Positions 32,436-42,920 are shown, counted from the first letter of the stretch. The stretch is DNA of 64,000 nucleotides from Nitrospirota bacterium (GCA_035623825.1 DASPSR010000060.1:13954-77953), one strand, 5' to 3'. Program-made: numbers and translations. Notes: a model not told the origin generated them from the sequence alone.

Positions 32436-32738
32436 GATTGATGGCCGCCAGGCAGGTCGGGGTGCGCCTGAGCCAGGCTTTCTTTGCGATTAGACGCCCT
32501 CTCTTTCTCCCTGATGATACCGTAATCGTATCTATTCACAATATATGCCTGATTTTTGTGCCTGTCAACGATTCCGTTTTATTAATTCCGGCCGCCTCAA
32601 AACGAATTCGGATTGTCATATTGGTGTTTCGTCAACCCCGGCCGGGACAACTTGCGAGAGTCAACCCTCTTTTGAATAAAAACAGCTCTCGCTACCTCTT
32701 GAATTTTATTTAGAGAATATCCGATTCGCAAATAGTTA

Positions 32739-34115
32739 CTATTGTTCCGCTTTCAGGTCAGCAAGCAGCCTCTGGAAGGCCGGTGCCTCACGCAGGAGTC
32801 GTCCGGCAACCTCGCGCAGCTTGTCCACCTGCTCCTTGGGCAACTGCAATCTGGTCTTCACCCGCTCGAAATACTGGCGTTCTGCCGGGTCCTTCAACGA
32901 GTCGAAGGTAACCTGCACAAAGTACGCGTGCCGCTCGGGACCGCCGGCCGGTGCGTCAGCCTGCCAGACGGCCAGTTTCTCGCGCACTTGCTCCACTCCG
33001 TCGAGAGTAATTCGGTCGACCGGGATCGACCACATCTGGTCAGCCAGCGTGTCGGTGTCAGGCGGCTCTGGAGAGCGGTCCCAGTCCACCTCGGGGAAAC
33101 GAAGCGCGTTCACGGCGATTACCACCACTTTGCGGGCCCGACGGAGCGCCGGTAGCACCGTCTCAGTAGGGTCGATCTTCATGATCTCGATGGCCCTGAT
33201 CACCTCGCTAAGGCCGAGATTTTCGGAGAGACCGCCGTCGAAGATGTGGATGTAAGGGCGTGCCGGGTCCTCATAGGACTGGAGTGCACGGGCACGGAGC
33301 AGGACTCGGCCTGGCGTCTCGGACTGGCCAGCAACGGCCTCGGCAGCAACCTGCCAGGCCGGCTCCTTCCTGCCGCAGGTACCGCCGCGGTTCTCAAATG
33401 TGATCGGTGTGAGCAAAGGTGGCAGCGCGGTCGAGGTGGCAACTGCTCTCCCCAGCGTTACCCGAGAGAGATTGCCGCAGATAGCGTCGAACTGCTCCTG
33501 CGTAAAGCTGAACCGGGCGCCGGTCATGACATCAGTACCGTTTATGATCACAATTGGCCCGTTGGCCTTCTGCAAATCGCTGAAGGTCGCATGGTCGAAA
33601 ACAGTCTCGTCGTAGAGCTCAGCGAAGAGGTCCGACTTCCCGAAGGTCCCGGATGGAAGCCGGAACCAGTTGACCGGATTCAGGATGATGCGCCGCGCCA
33701 GCTCGCTCTCGAAGTTGCGGTACAGCACCCGTGTCTCGAACTCCTCGAACGTTTTCTCTCCACGCAGGGCGTAATAGGTGGCGGGGAACGTGCCCCCCGA
33801 CACCGCTGAGATCACGTCCACCTCGTCGATAAGGCGGCGTTTCACCCCGTTCACCACCACCTCAGTGCGACGCAACTCTTCGAGGACACCATAGCCCAGA
33901 GCCGCTGCACGTATGCCACCGCCTGATATGGCGACGATCACCAGCAGGCCGTCTGACTGGTCAGGGCGGCTCACCTCGGGGCGTCCATAACCATGCGCAT
34001 TGACCTGCTCCAGCCGAGGTGTGGCAGGCCAGTGGGCGCAGCCGCCAGCGAACATGCAGAGTGCCGCTAGCAGGGTGACAGCAAAAGCTACAGTGAAGAT
34101 TGATTTGAGTTTCAT
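32739..34115 (-). CDS. Patatin-like phospholipase lipoprotein
   Basis: SGGGIRAAA, AVSGG, FDGG; lipobox-like AGGC. Confidence 0.88.
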   Translation of the reverse strand: MKLKSIFTVAFAVTLLAALCMFAGGCAHWPATPRLEQVNAHGYGRPEVSRPDQSDGLLVIVAISGGGIRAAALGYGVLEELRRTEVVVNGVKRRLIDEVDVISAVSGGTFPATYYALRGEKTFEEFETRVLYRNFESELARRIILNPVNWFRLPSGTFGKSDLFAELYDETVFDHATFSDLQKANGPIVIINGTDVMTGARFSFTQEQFDAICGNLSRVTLGRAVATSTALPPLLTPITFENRGGTCGRKEPAWQVAAEAVAGQSETPGRVLLRARALQSYEDPARPYIHIFDGGLSENLGLSEVIRAIEIMKIDPTETVLPALRRARKVVVIAVNALRFPEVDWDRSPEPPDTDTLADQMWSIPVDRITLDGVEQVREKLAVWQADAPAGGPERHAYFVQVTFDSLKDPAERQYFERVKTRLQLPKEQVDKLREVAGRLLREAPAFQRLLADLKAEQ

Positions 34116-34461
34116 GTGAATCCCCCTATCTACGATAAACATTATGAATCTTCACAACATCGATGTCGGGAACTTTTACAATTCTATCTCTGTGGAATTG
34201 GCTCTCAAAATAATCACTTCTTAATCAAATAGCTAGATAACAGGCATTAGTTATGCACGGTTATCTTGAGATAGTAATGTCTCTGATCAACGAGCGTTTA
34301 AACGAAAAAATGAATACTGCATGGGGCAGAGATATACTTCCTAATATGCCCTAGTCTGGATCCGTAGCGCAGGCTGTCATCAGCATTATTAACGCAAATA
34401 GCAAATATGTTTACATTTCTCTTCGTAACAATTCCCTCAGAGAAAGAAAGGAGACAGGAAA

Positions 34462-34755
34462 ATGAGATACTTGATAATGTTAGTGGGCTTGTTTGTGTGC
34501 AGTACTGTCTCCACGGACGCATTTTTAAAAGTAGATTATAAATGCGTTTCGGAATGTACTGCGAAAGGCTTTACATATAGCTATTGTTATTCAAGCTGCT
34601 TATACGACGACAATCCCCAGCAAAAACAACAGGTACTATCAGAACAAAAGAAGCAGCAAAAATCTCAAAAAACCCAAGTATACTATAAATGCTTAAATGA
34701 TTGTAAAGCAAGAGGTTACGTGGAGCAGTTTTGCAAGCAACAATGTTCTAACTGA
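34462..34755 (+). CDS. Small secreted Cys-rich protein with duplicated Cx3Cx9Cx3C unit
   Basis: Signal peptide; YKCVSECTAKGFTYSYCYSSC and YKCLNDCKARGYVEQFCKQQC. Confidence 0.75.
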   Translation: MRYLIMLVGLFVCSTVSTDAFLKVDYKCVSECTAKGFTYSYCYSSCLYDDNPQQKQQVLSEQKKQQKSQKTQVYYKCLNDCKARGYVEQFCKQQCSN

Positions 34756-34890
34756 CGTCTTTTCAATCCTGATACATAAAGTACGAAATCCTTGCACTTC
34801 GTCTGGGATTTTCAGGTCTTACGGAAATCTACACCTGCGCGATCATGTAGGGTGTTCAACTGTAGAGTATCAGATATACCCTGATCGCAA

Positions 34891-35532
34891 TTAAAAGGCG
34901 CATTTGTTAGAACGTGTTCCCGTCGGTTCGGACATCGGTTGCCCAGCTTTAACGAAATCACGCTCAGCTTCTGCTGTTTTCCCCTGTCGCAAATAGGCGA
35001 TCCCCCTATTATTATATGCTTTAGCATAGTCAGGATTGAGCTGGATGGCTGTTGAATAGTCACGTATAGCTTCATCGAGCTTCCCCAGCTCGAAATATGC
35101 AATTCCGCGAATGTTATAAGCGGCCTGGTTCTTGGGATAGAGGCGTATAACCTCAGTGAAATTATGGATCACTTCGTCATATTTACCTAAATGAAAAAAT
35201 GCGACTCCTTGATTGAATAATGCCGTGTAGTCTTCAGGCGCGAGATTGATTGCTTTGGCAAATTCCTTTGCTGCTTCATCGTATTTTAATTGCAGCATCA
35301 AGACTTTCCCCAGGCTGTCATAGGCTTCAACATAATTTGGATTCAGGGCAATAGCCTCCGTAAAAGCCTTTTTGGCTTCTTCGTACTTGCCGTCTTGAAG
35401 CAAGCTGTCCCCCTGCTCAAAGAGCGCCAAGGCTTGGCTTTGTGCATTCGGCGTCTGACCACCTTCAGACGCGAAAAGGGGTACTGCCAATGTAAGTGAT
35501 AGCAGTGTTGCTGCGATGTGTGATTTTTTCAC
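34891..35532 (-). CDS. Exported tetratricopeptide repeat protein
   Basis: About five TPRs (e.g. AYNNRGIAY..G..EA); signal peptide; GTG start. Confidence 0.9.
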   Translation of the reverse strand: MKKSHIAATLLSLTLAVPLFASEGGQTPNAQSQALALFEQGDSLLQDGKYEEAKKAFTEAIALNPNYVEAYDSLGKVLMLQLKYDEAAKEFAKAINLAPEDYTALFNQGVAFFHLGKYDEVIHNFTEVIRLYPKNQAAYNIRGIAYFELGKLDEAIRDYSTAIQLNPDYAKAYNNRGIAYLRQGKTAEAERDFVKAGQPMSEPTGTRSNKCAF

Positions 35533-36075
35533 GTTTTCTCCTATTTGCTTAGAGCATTAATTCAGCAATGTCGATGTGAAGTGAGAAGATCATTTCAGTT
35601 GATATATATGAATCTTCAACCTGGATATCCCGCACGGAGAGAAAAAGTTAATAGTAGAAATATACCACATCAGACATTTTTGATACAGGATATTTAATTT
35701 TCATCAGCTGCGGACCGAATTCCCTTATTCACCCTTGTTATCCTCCAGTACGGCTCCATAATTCAGCTCAGATTGTAACCACTTGATTCACAAAATATTT
35801 TCTATAACTTTCTTCACTCCTCAATGATTAATGCGGATCAAGATGCGGTAGTGACTTTCGATAAATCAATACTGTCGCTTCAATGGACTCTGACCGCCGG
35901 ATACGCCTGCGGCGTCAATTGCGCGAAAACTTGAGAAATAAGTCCGTTGACACTGCCATGCTTTTTTTGCTACCATTTAGCCGAAGGCACATTCGCATGC
36001 AGGTCAATGATCGGTGTGATAATACGGTTGTCAGGTGACGTTGCAATAAAATCCGAAGCACGAGGGGATGAGAAC

Positions 36076-36408
36076 ATGAAAAGAAAAGTCTTGCTTGCCG
36101 CCCTAAGTCTTGCGCTGCTGCCGTTTCTTTCAGCAGTGACGATTCTATTTGCCGAAGCCCAGGATACGCCTGCGGCCGATGATGGGCCTTATTCCATAAC
36201 CATTGGTGTGGGACAGGCTGTCAATATCTGTACCACCGGTACCGTCATCTGCCCGGTGAGGTTCACGGTGTGCGCCGACACCTCAATTGCCCTCGTCCGG
36301 GAGAGTGGACAAGGTCCGGAGATCGTCGGTGTCAAGCCGGGAACGACTCTTTGTTACACGACGTCGGCGAACGCAGTTCGTTTCGCCTATGAGGTGACAG
36401 TCCACTGA
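36076..36408 (+). CDS. Hypothetical exported protein
   Basis: MKRKVLLAAL signal peptide; four Cys, beta-rich. Confidence 0.7.
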   Translation: MKRKVLLAALSLALLPFLSAVTILFAEAQDTPAADDGPYSITIGVGQAVNICTTGTVICPVRFTVCADTSIALVRESGQGPEIVGVKPGTTLCYTTSANAVRFAYEVTVH

Positions 36409-36543
36409 CGTTTGATTTTCCCGGTGCAAAAGTCAAGGGAAACAGAGATTGATGAAGATGAGCGCATAGAGGCCTTGGTGGACTCGATTTCGGAAACCCT
36501 TCGCCTGCGGTTCAAATTCACTTCCGACATGACGTCGCTTTGT

Positions 36544-37323
36544 TCAAGTCCGCCAATTTCGCAAGTTTCGCAGGTACATCATATCAAGCGGCTCATTTTT
36601 TTGAGATGGTTGATTGTTTCTTAAATGATCATCAATATATTTGGCAATTGATTCCTCAAGACGATGCCTCTGCTGCTTCAATGCATCAGCCGTCGTGTTT
36701 CTACCCCTAGACGCTTTCTTTAATGCCAGACCAGGATTGATTCTGCCGGAACTTTCTCCAACAATCAAATCATCTCCAAATGTGTTTCCCGATGCTGATT
36801 GTGCTACTCCCACTAGTTCAGTCTTCACATCACTTTCCTCAACAGGCACATGAACTTTTACGACTACATTGTTTACGCCTTTGATCAGCACAACGATGCT
36901 GTCGTCATTGACGAGCGAAATGATATTATCAAACTCAATTCGTATTGGTTTCAGCCACTTGAAATTCCTCTCGTAGAAATCTGAAATATCCTGAATTAAA
37001 TCCTCAAGGTTGATATTCTTAGTGTTGTATCTGCTGGTACTGCAAGTGTTTGACATAAGTACGTTGGAGTGTATGTATTGTATCAATTCGTCTTCTTTGG
37101 CGATTGGTTTTTGAGAATTGTTCTTTTTGGGTTTTTGCGCCTCAACGTTTGGTTTCTGCGAGTCCACCAACTGCATCAAAAAAAATATTACTCCTCCGAT
37201 CAATATAACCCCAATAGCCGCGATCCGTACTGGACTATGAACAGTATCTAAAGGACCCGAAACTACAAAAAAGACTCCGGAAATCAATACAACCGTGCCG
37301 ATAATTATTCTAAGTATTTGCAT
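36544..37323 (-). CDS. Hypothetical membrane protein, AT-rich
   Basis: Two N-terminal TM segments; SD GGAGG. Confidence 0.7.
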   Translation of the reverse strand: MQILRIIIGTVVLISGVFFVVSGPLDTVHSPVRIAAIGVILIGGVIFFLMQLVDSQKPNVEAQKPKKNNSQKPIAKEDELIQYIHSNVLMSNTCSTSRYNTKNINLEDLIQDISDFYERNFKWLKPIRIEFDNIISLVNDDSIVVLIKGVNNVVVKVHVPVEESDVKTELVGVAQSASGNTFGDDLIVGESSGRINPGLALKKASRGRNTTADALKQQRHRLEESIAKYIDDHLRNNQPSQKNEPLDMMYLRNLRNWRT

Positions 37324-37367
37324 ATCGCCTCCAATATCTTAAGCAGTGACAGCTGCATATAAATACA

Positions 37368-37389
37368 CTCGGCAGAATGACTTGCCGAG
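37368..37389. terminator. Hairpin downstream of the small minus-strand ORF
   Basis: CTCGGCA-N8-TGCCGAG. Confidence 0.4.
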
Positions 37390-37397
37390 CAGAGTAT

Positions 37398-37571
37398 TCA
37401 GAACGACAAATAGACGTCAGTAACTCCTCTTAAGAATACGGGGACCTCTTTGGCATTGATCAGTGTCTTTTTAAGTATCCTGTGCATTTCGTCCGCGTAT
37501 CGGAGGAGCGCCAATGCATCTTCCAGTGTGCTTACAGTGTGGTACTTTACAGGCTCTAATTTCGGAGGCAT
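37398..37571 (-). CDS. Small hypothetical protein
   Basis: MPPKLEPVKYHTVSTLEDALALLRYAD...; start uncertain. Confidence 0.45.
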   Translation of the reverse strand: MPPKLEPVKYHTVSTLEDALALLRYADEMHRILKKTLINAKEVPVFLRGVTDVYLSF

Positions 37572-37819
37572 TTGTCGTTTCCCTTTCTCCATCTCGGCAT
37601 GGGATGCGCATACTGAGATAAAGAGCAATAATCGTGCCTGCATAAAATGCATAATAAATCAACAGCTTAAATGGGGATAGAGGGACCAGATTTTGTCAGA
37701 AAACTGACGTTTCGCGGTTACTCAGGTAACTCTTTGGGAATGTTAGAAGATTGCCAGAAGATGCCTCGTTTTCTAATAGAAAAGTACTCACGGCATAAAC
37801 CTCAAGACATTGAATAATA

Positions 37820-37867
37820 GGTGGCGGGGATTGAATGAACCACTGACCTTCGGGTTACGAACCCGAA
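37820..37867 (-). repeat. Degenerate anticodon arm plus 3' half of initiator tRNA-Met (att-like remnant 2)
   Basis: Minus strand TTCGGG-TTCGTAA-CCCGAAGGTCAGTGGTTCATTCAATCCCCGCCACC; GGG/CCC anticodon stem. Confidence 0.82.
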
Positions 37868-37895
37868 TGACAAACAATGAGAAAGCTGTGATTCC

Positions 37896-38429
37896 TTACC
37901 TCATAACGTTCTTGTCCAGCGCCGCCTTGATTGCCGGAGGATTGTATCCGCGTATTATCGTACCATCGATGTCAATGAGGGGTATCGAAGTCGAGCCACC
38001 GCTTATCTTCTTCATTTCTGTTTTCATGTCCGGTTCTTTTTCGATATCATGTTCTACCAAATTTGCTCCAAGCGAATGGATATATTCTCGTGCCTTCTTA
38101 CAGTATCCGCACCAGTCGGCCATATACATAACGACGGTCACACCGCTATAATCCCTGCTCCGCTTATTTTCCAAGGGTAGTGACGACTGGGTCGTACTAC
38201 TATCTTTAGATGGGGGTAGATCCGCTTCTCTTTGGTTTGACCAATAGACTCCATCGTCCTTCAGCTGCTTTTCTTTCACTGTTTCTCCGGCGGGGGGCTT
38301 ATCAGTAAACACAATGTTGCCGTTCTTGTCCTTGTACTGATAGAGTTGTCCCCATGCTTTGGGCAGTGAGAAGGTCGTGAAAAAAATTATCAATATAATA
38401 GTTAATATGGAGTTTTTCACTTCGTGCAT
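37896..38429 (-). CDS. DUF4124 plus glutaredoxin (NrdH-like) fusion
   Basis: LYQYKDKNGNIVFTDKPP; WCGYC; IPLIDIDG..IRGY. Confidence 0.88.
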   Translation of the reverse strand: MHEVKNSILTIILIIFFTTFSLPKAWGQLYQYKDKNGNIVFTDKPPAGETVKEKQLKDDGVYWSNQREADLPPSKDSSTTQSSLPLENKRSRDYSGVTVVMYMADWCGYCKKAREYIHSLGANLVEHDIEKEPDMKTEMKKISGGSTSIPLIDIDGTIIRGYNPPAIKAALDKNVMR

Positions 38430-38561
38430 TACAACTGATCTCCCTTAGTTATGGTCTGTGGTTAGTTGTTTCATACAGTCTAGGGGCGAAGCATGCATTC
38501 TTATCATCAATATCATGCATGCATGTTGTTAGAACCAAATTCTTGAAACTTATCAATATTC

Positions 38562-38588
38562 TTATCGGGGTCCTATGACATAACTTTA
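38562..38588 (-). promoter_or_regulatory. Putative sigma-28 (FliA) promoter
   Basis: Minus strand TAAA-N15-CCCGATAA versus consensus TAAA-N15-GCCGATAA, upstream of the glutaredoxin gene. Confidence 0.55.
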
Positions 38589-38738
38589 AGAAAATATAAG
38601 AGGATTTAAGGAGTTTTTATTAGGCATGACCTTGCCGCTTCGATTTCCAGGATTTGCATATTTTAAATGTATTTCATTTATGGATAAAAGGCGACTCAGG
38701 CATGAAGAGCAAGATTGATCATCAACCCAAAGCTCCCC

Positions 38739-39743
38739 TTATGATACCATTAATAAATAAATGATAAATAAAACATACAGCCCCCCACACGCTATAAGAA
38801 CTCGTGGGGTTATCTTTTTCTTCGCCTTCAGGGTTAAATAACACATAAGCGAAGACGCGAGCGCAATGACTGCGGCGACCATCATCGGCCCGCGCAGATC
38901 CCATTTCGTGAACGCCACACCAATTGCGACCGGGAAACTTGATTGAAAAACCATCGCGCCCGTGATGTTTCCGAGCGCAAGCGTGTCTTTCCCGTCCTTT
39001 ATCCAGATGATGCTGTTCATTTTCTCGGGCAGCTCGGTCGCTACCGGTGTGATTATAAGGGAGAGGAGCACCGCCGGGACCCCAGCCATATTTGATATAT
39101 GGCTGACAGCTACTACGAAGTAGTGAGCCCCTACCACTATAAGCGCGAGGCTTATCAGTATTTGGAGCAGGATGAATCTCTTCCCGACTCTGTGAGATCG
39201 AAAGAGTCTCAAGAGGTACAGGTGGCTCAAGTCACCCGCTGCCTCGCCTTGATGCCGCAGTGCGGCATACAAATAGATGCTGTATGAAAACGTCAGGCCT
39301 AGCGCTATGGCCGTCCTGAAGCCCTGCCTCTCAACAAAGGTCGTCAGGACGGCAACGGTATAGATGATCATGAAGAAAACGAGGTCACGTTCGCCGGCGA
39401 CAACATCTATTTCCAGCTCCCGGCTTCTCTTTCCTTTTCCCGCATAGTAGAAGACCGCAATGCCGGTCACGCAAAATGCGAGCGTTGCGAGCATGAACGG
39501 CGCGCCCGCAATGGCGCCGATGGCGACCTCTGCGTTTTCCTTGTTGCCCGAGATTATGGCTATTATGGGGATAGTAGTCTCAGGAAGAGCTGTCCCTACG
39601 GCGGCCAATATGGAGCCGGTGGCCCCGTGGGAGAGGTCCATTTTCTTGCCTGCCCACTCTACTGCGTTCGTGAAAAGCTCGGCGGCGAAAAGGATCACTG
39701 CAAGGCATGAAATTAAAAGAGCTGGATAGAGTATGTAATTCAG
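38739..39743 (-). CDS. Sodium:calcium antiporter (CaCA, YrbG-like)
   Basis: AVGTALPE and PVATELPE alpha repeats; about 10 TM; start uncertain (39743 CTG or 39809 ATG). Confidence 0.88.
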   Translation of the reverse strand: MNYILYPALLISCLAVILFAAELFTNAVEWAGKKMDLSHGATGSILAAVGTALPETTIPIIAIISGNKENAEVAIGAIAGAPFMLATLAFCVTGIAVFYYAGKGKRSRELEIDVVAGERDLVFFMIIYTVAVLTTFVERQGFRTAIALGLTFSYSIYLYAALRHQGEAAGDLSHLYLLRLFRSHRVGKRFILLQILISLALIVVGAHYFVVAVSHISNMAGVPAVLLSLIITPVATELPEKMNSIIWIKDGKDTLALGNITGAMVFQSSFPVAIGVAFTKWDLRGPMMVAAVIALASSLMCYLTLKAKKKITPRVLIACGGLYVLFIIYLLMVS

Positions 39744-39930
39744 AACGACTCCTGTTTGTACAAATTTTACAAAACCAACCGGGCAGTAGGAGCGCTCTTC
39801 GCAATACATGCCGCCCCAGAGCCATCAAGCGCTCGGGTGATGTTGAGCGATCGCTTGCCTGCATGCCCTCGATTACACCACGAAGTGGACTGCAGAAGAT
39901 GGGAACGGCATCACTTGCGGCTCTGTGTCC

Positions 39931-40455
39931 TTACTTTGTGTCCGTACAAACTGGGCCTAGCCACTTGGCCGAGAAGTTCATGTCTCCATTCATCGTGCGG
40001 CCATCGCCGGTTACAATTATATGCCCTGACCCCTTCACATTTTCGGAATTGAGCGCCTCAATCTTAATAGTCGTGTCCATCTTCATGCCCTTTTCCGTGC
40101 ATATCTGGCGAATCTCCATCTTGCTGCCTGTCGAAGTCAGGACGGTCCGAGTGCACGACTCTTTTTTTTCACTGAACGGGTCCTTGTTCAGATCCTTCTC
40201 AGTCACGCAGTGTTTATAGGTCCTCGTCTGCGGTCCCTGTGAGGCTCTCGCTTTCATTGATTCCTCTAATTTTGAGCGCTGTTCAGGAGTCAACTGGTTC
40301 AAGACCTCCGGTGATATCGGGGGAATTCCAGTCATATTTGTGGTTGTAGTTGCTTGCCAAAGGCCGGTCTTTACATTCAACGGCTTGATATCGCCACCCG
40401 CCAAAACGACAGATGCCGACAAACAAATCAGGCTTAATAAAATTATCTTGCGCAT
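39931..40455 (-). CDS. DUF3617 family exported protein
   Basis: KTGLWQ, four Cys, C-terminal AKWLGPVC. Confidence 0.8.
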   Translation of the reverse strand: MRKIILLSLICLSASVVLAGGDIKPLNVKTGLWQATTTTNMTGIPPISPEVLNQLTPEQRSKLEESMKARASQGPQTRTYKHCVTEKDLNKDPFSEKKESCTRTVLTSTGSKMEIRQICTEKGMKMDTTIKIEALNSENVKGSGHIIVTGDGRTMNGDMNFSAKWLGPVCTDTK

Positions 40456-40768
40456 TTTCCCCTCCTTGTCAGCGTGCACGCCGTATCTTGCATGAGTTCT
40501 ACGAAACGTACTCCATCTGTTGTAAGTCCTCAGTATTTCGTTGAATCAGTTGTTTTAAAATTTCTTCCTGCTTGAATGCATCATTATCAGTATAGCTGAC
40601 AATATTCTTAACCGCAAGAGGCGTCTATCTATTTGCATCCTGTTCATCTTCATCGACGCCACCTACGACTGTGCACGCTGCGGACAGCTGTGACAAGCTG
40701 TGAAATCCAGTGACAATTCAACACCGAAAACGCCTGATACGGGGCGCTTGAGGAGCCCAAAGGCCGAA

Positions 40769-40810
40769 GCTCGTTCCGCGCTGGAATATGTAAGCGTCTG
40801 TGGAACGAGC
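40769..40810. terminator. Inverted repeat downstream of DUF1330 gene
   Basis: GCTCGTTCC...GGAACGAGC 9-bp arms. Confidence 0.4.
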
Positions 40811-40820
40811 GGAAATCCAA

Positions 40821-41126
40821 TCAGGATGGCTGCGGGCCTTCGTAGCCCTCAGTAATTACGAGATCGAGTGTCGACACAGGCAACCTAAGCTTGATCGCTG
40901 CCTGGTATTCCGGTGATCTCCAGCAATCGAGGGCGGCCTGATAAGTAGGAAATTCGATGACTATATTGCGCGTTCTGCTTGTTCCTTCCGGATTCTCGAA
41001 TCGGCCTGCGCGCACAAGGAACCGTGCGCCATGTTTCTTGAACGGTTCGGCGATTGCTGCGACGTACGCTTTGTACTTTTCCTGATCGGCGATATCGACA
41101 TGAACGATCCAGTATCCCTTGGGCAT
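40821..41126 (-). CDS. DUF1330 family protein
   Basis: KGYWI, GARFLVRAG, VIEFP, SPEYQAA. Confidence 0.9.
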   Translation of the reverse strand: MPKGYWIVHVDIADQEKYKAYVAAIAEPFKKHGARFLVRAGRFENPEGTSRTRNIVIEFPTYQAALDCWRSPEYQAAIKLRLPVSTLDLVITEGYEGPQPS

Positions 41127-41277
41127 AAATCTCTCCAGTAGTGCTATGGCGCAATGAAGATTGCTACAACTAAATAAGCGCCTAGTTGGGGTCCTATTTG
41201 TTCAACGTGCGTTATTACTGAATTTGCTGTTACTTTATATACTATCTGTCGAGTTGACAACAATGCTGGCTAAATTC

Positions 41278-41766
41278 CTATTTCGCCCGTTCTAGCGTAA
41301 TAATGCTCCGCTGCATCCCCTTTTCAGGCCAGTTAGGCATCACTCGCCAAGGAGTGAGGATTTTAAGACTGTTGCCATCCACCTTGAAAAAACGCGTCTG
41401 TTCAGTGCCGACCCATTCAGGATTCCAGGCAACTTCGACTTTCGTAATCCACTTGTCTCCTTCTATGCGGTACGTACCTGTATATGCAACCAGACTGTTC
41501 AGCAGATCGGCACGTTCCTGAACGGATTTCGCCGGCTTCCGCCCTTCTCCGGTGAAAATGAAAAACACTCTTCCCTCGGGTGTGAAGATTACGTATCCCG
41601 TCGGGTCTTGTCCCATACTTAACTCTTTTTGGCCTGTCGCTTGCATCTCAACTTCGTAGGAAACCAGCTTCCATAGGCCGTGAACCTGCGTGCCGTCGTC
41701 AGCGAAACTCGGTTGCACCGCAATCAAAAGCAAAGCCAGGACAACCGGCCACTTAAACTTAAACAT
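41278..41766 (-). CDS. Lipocalin-like domain protein
   Basis: GLWKLVS, GYVIFTPEG, AYTGTY, NPEWVGTEQTR. Confidence 0.85.
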   Translation of the reverse strand: MFKFKWPVVLALLLIAVQPSFADDGTQVHGLWKLVSYEVEMQATGQKELSMGQDPTGYVIFTPEGRVFFIFTGEGRKPAKSVQERADLLNSLVAYTGTYRIEGDKWITKVEVAWNPEWVGTEQTRFFKVDGNSLKILTPWRVMPNWPEKGMQRSIITLERAK

Positions 41767-41855
41767 GATGTCCCCCCCCTTCTGCCCAATGTGAAGGCGA
41801 CCTAATTAGGTGGACAAATACATCGAATTGTCCCACGCCGACGTATCGGCCGCAC

Positions 41856-42920
41856 CTACTGTGCGTTCTCGAACACATCAGTGATGATGTAATTGTCGCT
41901 TATGCCGGCTCCGGCTGCGTTGGGTTGCTGATTTCCCGCTTTAGGCAGTCCATACATGGCCTCGAGTGTACGCAAGATATTCACGTGTGTAATGCCCTTG
42001 CCCTCTGAATAGTCACCGTGCTTGATATGAGCCCCGACAAATATCGTGACAATGCGGTTTTGAAGAAGGACGCAGTACGCGTGGTCGTGCCCCGGCTCAA
42101 GGCAGGTCGTTGGATCAACCAACGGATTTGTCAACCCCAAGTATCGCCTCTTGTCCTCGTTTTCGTCGAACGTTAGGATCAAAAGGCTGTTGTGGGTCTT
42201 TGCCCATTGAAAATAGGAATCGATGTTCTTCTTCAACCAGCGGTCGCCTGCCGGAATGCTTTCTTTGACTGGGCCGTCGTGCATGTCATTGACCAGGTTA
42301 GGAATGACAATGGCAATGGTGGGCAGTGTATCATACTGGGAAGGATCGGAAGGAAAGTCCGCAAACCTGAGGTTGGAGGAGGTCGAGATGGTCTTGCCGT
42401 TGGGTATATTGGCGAAACTGATCCAAGGAACATGTTTCCGTGCATAAAGGTCCTGTTTATCGCCCGAGAAACCGATTTCAGGAAGACTCTCGGAGTAACC
42501 TTTGAAAGAATGGCCTTTGTTGATCAATTGCTCGCCAAGATTCGGACTCGTAAACGGATAGCGAGGATTATTTTTTTCAGACGGAATCTGGTCTGCGAAA
42601 CCAATGGTTTGATTGTCGCCTGAAAACAGCCAGAAATAATTCCCCTCGCTGAAGTGCTCTTCTGCAAACATATGCGTGAAGTTAGCCCCTTCCTTCTTTA
42701 ACACGCCGTTGATGTAAGAAGCGGCTAAATTGCCGATTATCTCGTCGTAATCTTTATTCTCCTCGATGACAATCACGATATGGTCATAGACTGGAAGACC
42801 AGCAGGCCAGACGAGGGTGACGGTCTCGGTAACCGGAGGCTGCCTCTCATGGGTACACGATTGCTGAAAAGGCAAGAATAACACGGCGATGAAGTAAAGA
42901 ATGATGGCAAGTCGGCTCAC
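41856..42920 (-). CDS. Phosphoesterase-family acid phosphatase
   Basis: DHIVIVIEEN, YARKHVPW, NDMHDG, LTFDE; GTG start after GGAGG. Confidence 0.88.
   Translation of the reverse strand: MSRLAIILYFIAVLFLPFQQSCTHERQPPVTETVTLVWPAGLPVYDHIVIVIEENKDYDEIIGNLAASYINGVLKKEGANFTHMFAEEHFSEGNYFWLFSGDNQTIGFADQIPSEKNNPRYPFTSPNLGEQLINKGHSFKGYSESLPEIGFSGDKQDLYARKHVPWISFANIPNGKTISTSSNLRFADFPSDPSQYDTLPTIAIVIPNLVNDMHDGPVKESIPAGDRWLKKNIDSYFQWAKTHNSLLILTFDENEDKRRYLGLTNPLVDPTTCLEPGHDHAYCVLLQNRIVTIFVGAHIKHGDYSEGKGITHVNILRTLEAMYGLPKAGNQQPNAAGAGISDNYIITDVFENAQ

Noticed and set aside
34235-34266. attC-like AGATAAC...GTTATCT
   Set aside because: At 32 bp it is too short, with no L boxes.
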